DNA of 37,445 nucleotides from Bacteroidales bacterium (GTDB lineage Bacteria; Bacteroidota; Bacteroidia; Bacteroidales; UBA4181): NCBI GenBank assembly GCA_031273395.1, contig JAISRX010000307.1, positions 1 to 37,445 of the forward strand, read 5' to 3'. Shown piece by piece: positions 33,846 to 37,445 of this stretch (position 1 is its first letter; each line of letters starts with the position of its first letter). The notes under the pieces were generated by a model. It saw only the letters and a program-made list of their open reading frames with translations, ran no database searches and was not told where the DNA came from. The position numbers and the translations under genes were made by a program.

Positions 33846-35474
33846 ATGAAAAACATGAAAAAAGGTAATAAAACGCTTGCGGCGCTTGCCCTCTGCGCCT
33901 GCATGACGGCAGGATGCTCACTGGTGCATGAATCCTACTCCGAAATAAGCACCGACATCTACCCGTCGAACGCCGAGGAAGCCGACGCGATGATACTTGC
34001 CAACGTGTATCAGGTGTTCAACATCTGGCATGTGTTCAACCCCGACGTAACGGGCTGGTGGACGATGTCCAACATCGTATCCGACCAGTTCGATTCGCAG
34101 TATTCCGGCTCCTACATCGGCTTCGACCTCACCGCGCAGGACAATCACGAATCCGGCACGGGCGGCTATCCCTTCCTCGATGAAGACAACTACACGCCCC
34201 TGTACCTCCGCTCGCGCTTCCTTTCCAAAATGCTGCTGACCAAGGAAAGGATCAAAAACGTGCCGATGACCGACGCCCGGAAGAAACGCATGAACGCCGA
34301 AATACACTGCGGGATGGGCTTTCTGGCATTCCTCGCATACGACCTGTACGGACCGGTGTCGCTGCCGACGCTAGAAATACTCCAAAACCCCGCCGCCGAC
34401 CTTGCGGTGCGCCGCGCAACGGAAGAAGAAATGCAGCAGTACATCGAAAGCAACCTTGCCGAAGCCCTGAAAGACGACGCCCTGCCCGCGCGCTGCGACG
34501 GAGCCGAGTACGGGCGCTTTACGCGCGGACTTGCCTTCATGGTGCTGTTCAAATACTGCATGCTCATGGGCGGGATGAAGGAAAAGGAAAGCGCGGGAAG
34601 CGGCGCTCCCTGGTGGGAAAAAGCCGAAACCGCCGGGCGCGAACTCCTCAAGCCCGAATACGGCTACGCGCTGGAGGACGACTACAACGCGCTCTTTTCC
34701 GAAGCAGGGGAAAAGAACCGCGAAGTCATCTTTTCGGGCATTGCCGACCCCGCCATGGCAAGCACCTACGTTGCCTCGGTCATTCCGAGCGACTTCGACA
34801 CGCCCGGGCAAAACCTCCAGAAATGGGGTGTTTTCAAACTCAGGTGGGATTTCTACCACACCTTTGAGGAGCATGACCTCCGCACGCAACGGATCATCAC
34901 CGAGTATGTAAGTACCGCCGAAGGGCATCCCGTGCGCAGCGAGGCGAACGACGCAACGCAGGAAAACATCCGGACGGGACTGCGGCTGGGCGCCCTGCCC
35001 GTGAAGTTCGACTATTCCACCACCATCGGCTCCTCCTGCCCGGTGGACGTCCCCATGTACCGCTTTGCGGATGCCCTCACCCTGCTGGCGGAAGCCATCG
35101 TGCGCAACGCCGGCACGGTGACCACCGAAGCGGTCGGATACTTGAACGACGTCCGCCGGCGGGCGTTCGGGGCATACCATACGCCCAAACAGCCCTCCGA
35201 TTTTGCAGGCGCCGAAGACTTTCTGGAGCAACTGCTCATGGAACGCGCCCACGAACTGTGGTTTGAAGGGCATCAGCGGCAGGATCAGATACGCTGCGGG
35301 AAGTTCATCGAAGCATGTATGGAGAAGGGGAGGAAGGGATATTTGCCCATAGCAAGGATCGAACACATGCGGCAGCAAACCGTCCCCGGAAAGTATGATT
35401 TTGAGAGGTTCCCGGTGCCGCTCTCCGCCATCAGGGAAGGAAGGGGAGTGATCCTGCAAAACCCCGGATATTAA
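33846..35474 (+). CDS. SusD/RagB-family nutrient-binding lipoprotein
   Basis: Lipobox MTAGC, placed directly after SusC, with the conserved C-terminal ERAHELWFEGHQRQDQIR motif. Confidence 0.9.
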   Translation: MKNMKKGNKTLAALALCACMTAGCSLVHESYSEISTDIYPSNAEEADAMILANVYQVFNIWHVFNPDVTGWWTMSNIVSDQFDSQYSGSYIGFDLTAQDNHESGTGGYPFLDEDNYTPLYLRSRFLSKMLLTKERIKNVPMTDARKKRMNAEIHCGMGFLAFLAYDLYGPVSLPTLEILQNPAADLAVRRATEEEMQQYIESNLAEALKDDALPARCDGAEYGRFTRGLAFMVLFKYCMLMGGMKEKESAGSGAPWWEKAETAGRELLKPEYGYALEDDYNALFSEAGEKNREVIFSGIADPAMASTYVASVIPSDFDTPGQNLQKWGVFKLRWDFYHTFEEHDLRTQRIITEYVSTAEGHPVRSEANDATQENIRTGLRLGALPVKFDYSTTIGSSCPVDVPMYRFADALTLLAEAIVRNAGTVTTEAVGYLNDVRRRAFGAYHTPKQPSDFAGAEDFLEQLLMERAHELWFEGHQRQDQIRCGKFIEACMEKGRKGYLPIARIEHMRQQTVPGKYDFERFPVPLSAIREGRGVILQNPGY

Positions 35475-35556
35475 CCCGCGGCAAAACAAAAGAACATGAC
35501 GCTAAAAACAAAACATCGACGGGGAGCAGCGGAAATTTCGGGCTGCTCATCAAGCA

Positions 35557-35745
35557 TTTTGCGCCAGGGCGCGAATGATTTGCGCCAAGGCGCGAACAGT
35601 TTACTCCAAGGCGCGAGCAGTTTACTCCAAGGCGCAAGTGGTTTGCGCCAAGGCGCAAACAGTTTACTCCAAGGCGCGAGCAGTTTGCACCGTGGCGCAA
35701 ATCATTTGCGATATGCCGCAAACAGTTTGCGATACTCCGCAAAAG
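35557..35745. repeat. Tandem array of 9 units of a 21-bp repeat (TTTGCGCCAAGGCGCAAACAG consensus)
   Basis: Units start at 35557, 35578, 35599, 35620, 35641, 35662, 35683, 35704 and 35725. The best units carry 8-bp inverted arms TTTGCGCC/GGCGCAAA, and the units decay toward the 3' end. The array ends 70 nt upstream of the ATG at 35816. Confidence 0.95.
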
Positions 35746-35815
35746 TTGTACGGTCATACGCGAAATGCCTGTTTCGCCCTGTCCATTTTCCATTTTTAAT
35801 TTTCAATTTTCAAAG

Positions 35816-37300
35816 ATGATCAGGATATTTGTTTTCTTTTTCTTTACGGTATTCGGTGCGGTGTTCGTTTATTCCGGATGCAGCGGCGCCGAAACGCCGG
35901 ATACGCCTCCCGCAGCCGGCGACACGATCGCTCCGCCCGCGCCGGACGAACCGCAGAAGGGCGCCATTCTGTATCCGTATCCCGACGACGCGCCGGCGTC
36001 GGACAGGTATGCGGTCACGCTCAACAGCCTGCCCTGCTACGTGTATCCCGTGCCGGAAACCACCAAAAGGCAGGACGGGGTGAAGGATTTTTACTATCCG
36101 CACGTGGCTAATTTTGATATTGAAGGGGAAGTGCGCGTGGCGATTACCCCTTCCGTTGCCGTGACTAGCGTGAAGATACGCCCGGAAAGCGCCGCCATTG
36201 CGCATGTGGTAACGGACAACCGGATAGAGTTTACCCTCGCACGCCCGCAGTTTTTGAGCATTGAAATCAACGGCGACATCGAACGTCCGCTGCTGCTCTT
36301 CGCCAACGCGCCCGAAACGGACATTCCCGACAGGAACGATCCCGGCGTCATCTGGTTTGAAGGGGGGAAAATACACACGCGCACCCTTCTGTCGGTGGGC
36401 AGCGGCAAAACCGTGTACCTTGCTCCGGGCGCCATTGTGCGGAGCGCTTTTCGCGTGGCAGCCGGCTCGTCGAACGTCCGCATTGCGGGGCGCGGCATCC
36501 TTACCGGCGAACTGCTTTCGGGCGAGCAGCACCGTATGATAGAGGTCAACAACGCCACTGATGTGCTGGTGGAAGGGATTACCGTTACCGACTGCAAGCA
36601 CTGGACGATTGCCTTGATGGGATGCAGCGGGGTGACGGTGCGCGGGGTGAAGATCGTTTCCAACACCGGCTGGGACGACGGCGTGGACGTGGTGAGCAGC
36701 CGCAACGTAACGGTGGACGGCTGCTTTATCCACACCAAGGACGACTGCGTGGCAATTAAGGCGGGAGTGAAGTATTTTGGCTACCAGACCCATGCCAGCG
36801 TGGAGAACGTGACCGTGAAAAACTGCGTCATCTGGAACGGCAAGCACGGCAACGGGCTGGAAATAGGCTTTGAAACGAGCGCGGACACCATCCGCAACAT
36901 CGTTTTCGAGAACATCGACCTCATCCACGTGGAAAACCCCACCCAGATGAACGAAGGCGTGTTTACCATCCACAACGGCGACCGTGCCGTGGTGACAAAC
37001 ATTCTTTACAGGAACATCCGCGTGGAGGATTTCCGCCGCTACCTGATCGGGTTTTGGGTACTCGAATCGCAGTACTCGCAGGATCCGGTGCGCGGGAAAA
37101 TATCCGGCGTCCGCATGGAGAACATCTCCGTAACCTCCTCGCGCGAAGGCGACCGCATATCCTCGCTGATAGGCTACAGCGCCGCCTCGAACATCAGCAA
37201 CGTGCACATCAGCAACTTCACCATCAACGGGGAACGGATCACCTCCCTCGCCAGGCTCATACAGTGGCAGTCGCATACCTCCAACATCACCCTGGAATAA
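35816..37300 (+). CDS. Lipoprotein with a right-handed beta-helix (pectin-lyase fold), GH28-like glycoside hydrolase
   Basis: Lipobox VYSGCSG. Parallel beta-helix repeats with GWDDGVDV, TKDDCVAIKAG, NGKHGNGLEIG and YRNIRVED resemble the GH28 NTDG / DDC..IK / G.HG / RIK motifs. The start is the ATG at 35816. The family assignment is approximate. Confidence 0.85.
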   Translation: MIRIFVFFFFTVFGAVFVYSGCSGAETPDTPPAAGDTIAPPAPDEPQKGAILYPYPDDAPASDRYAVTLNSLPCYVYPVPETTKRQDGVKDFYYPHVANFDIEGEVRVAITPSVAVTSVKIRPESAAIAHVVTDNRIEFTLARPQFLSIEINGDIERPLLLFANAPETDIPDRNDPGVIWFEGGKIHTRTLLSVGSGKTVYLAPGAIVRSAFRVAAGSSNVRIAGRGILTGELLSGEQHRMIEVNNATDVLVEGITVTDCKHWTIALMGCSGVTVRGVKIVSNTGWDDGVDVVSSRNVTVDGCFIHTKDDCVAIKAGVKYFGYQTHASVENVTVKNCVIWNGKHGNGLEIGFETSADTIRNIVFENIDLIHVENPTQMNEGVFTIHNGDRAVVTNILYRNIRVEDFRRYLIGFWVLESQYSQDPVRGKISGVRMENISVTSSREGDRISSLIGYSAASNISNVHISNFTINGERITSLARLIQWQSHTSNITLE

Positions 37301-37445
37301 ACATTTGTTTCATCATCCGACGCCCATGAAGAAGTTCCCGAAAATAAAGACGGCAGGCTTGAAGCTCCGCTCCATCATGGTGGAGGCGTTGCCCGCAGCC
37401 CTGTCGGGATGACCATACGCCGTCCGGTTTCAAATTTCAAATTTT

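Noticed and set aside
35496-35819. ORFs reading through the second 21-bp array (107 and 74 aa)
   Set aside because: Same reasoning: the frames are open only because of the 21-bp periodicity, the translations are low-complexity, and they overlap the promoter region of the GH gene.
37326-37412. 28-aa ORF (MKKFPKIKTAGLKLRSIMVEALPAALSG) after the GH gene
   Set aside because: It is too short, has no supporting motif, and its 3' part overlaps GC-rich hairpin sequence. It cannot be supported from the sequence alone.
37370-37445. Possible relationship between the hairpin-rich sequences at the two window ends (shared CCCTGTCGGG motif in opposite orientation)
   Set aside because: Only about 10 nt are shared and the flanks do not align convincingly. 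The evidence is insufficient to call a repeat family.

Overview
This looks like a chromosomal window from a Bacteroidota (Bacteroidales-like) genome. The evidence is a SusC/SusD pair with an ECF sigma/anti-sigma module, many lipoproteins with acidic residues right after the lipidated Cys, and TAnnTTTG -7 promoter boxes 15-60 nt upstream of most start codons. Coding regions are GC-rich and intergenic regions are AT-rich. Most of the window is housekeeping: rnhA, dnaG, prfA, lepA, pyrI, a RelA-type RSH, metG, a receiver-less sigma-54 activator, an LptE-like protein, a single-SIS isomerase and yebC. Between these sit accessory or uncharacterised blocks. (1) 8.7-12.1 kb is the most interesting block. 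It is a two-gene operon: a 220-aa unknown protein, then a 601-aa predicted surface lipoprotein whose central region resembles the amphipathic Gly-rich stem hairpin of leukocidin/alpha-hemolysin-type beta-pore-forming toxins. Upstream lie a 21-bp x ~8.5 tandem array of palindrome-bearing units and a G15 homopolymer, and the whole block is bracketed by inverted copies of a ~68-bp GC-rich double-hairpin element. (2) A second, unrelated 21-bp x 9 tandem array sits at almost the same distance (70 vs 66 nt) upstream of the glycoside hydrolase gene of the PUL. (3) A ~1-kb tandem segmental duplication carries small acidic 4-Cys surface lipoprotein genes with a long conserved non-coding leader. (4) The remaining unusual genes are a class III cyclase-HD fusion, a FIST-like protein plus an 88-aa partner, and a 1250-aa polytopic orphan histidine kinase. 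I found no rRNA, tRNA, CRISPR array, transposase, integrase or phage genes. All calls rest on reading the sequence and translations by eye; no database search was run.
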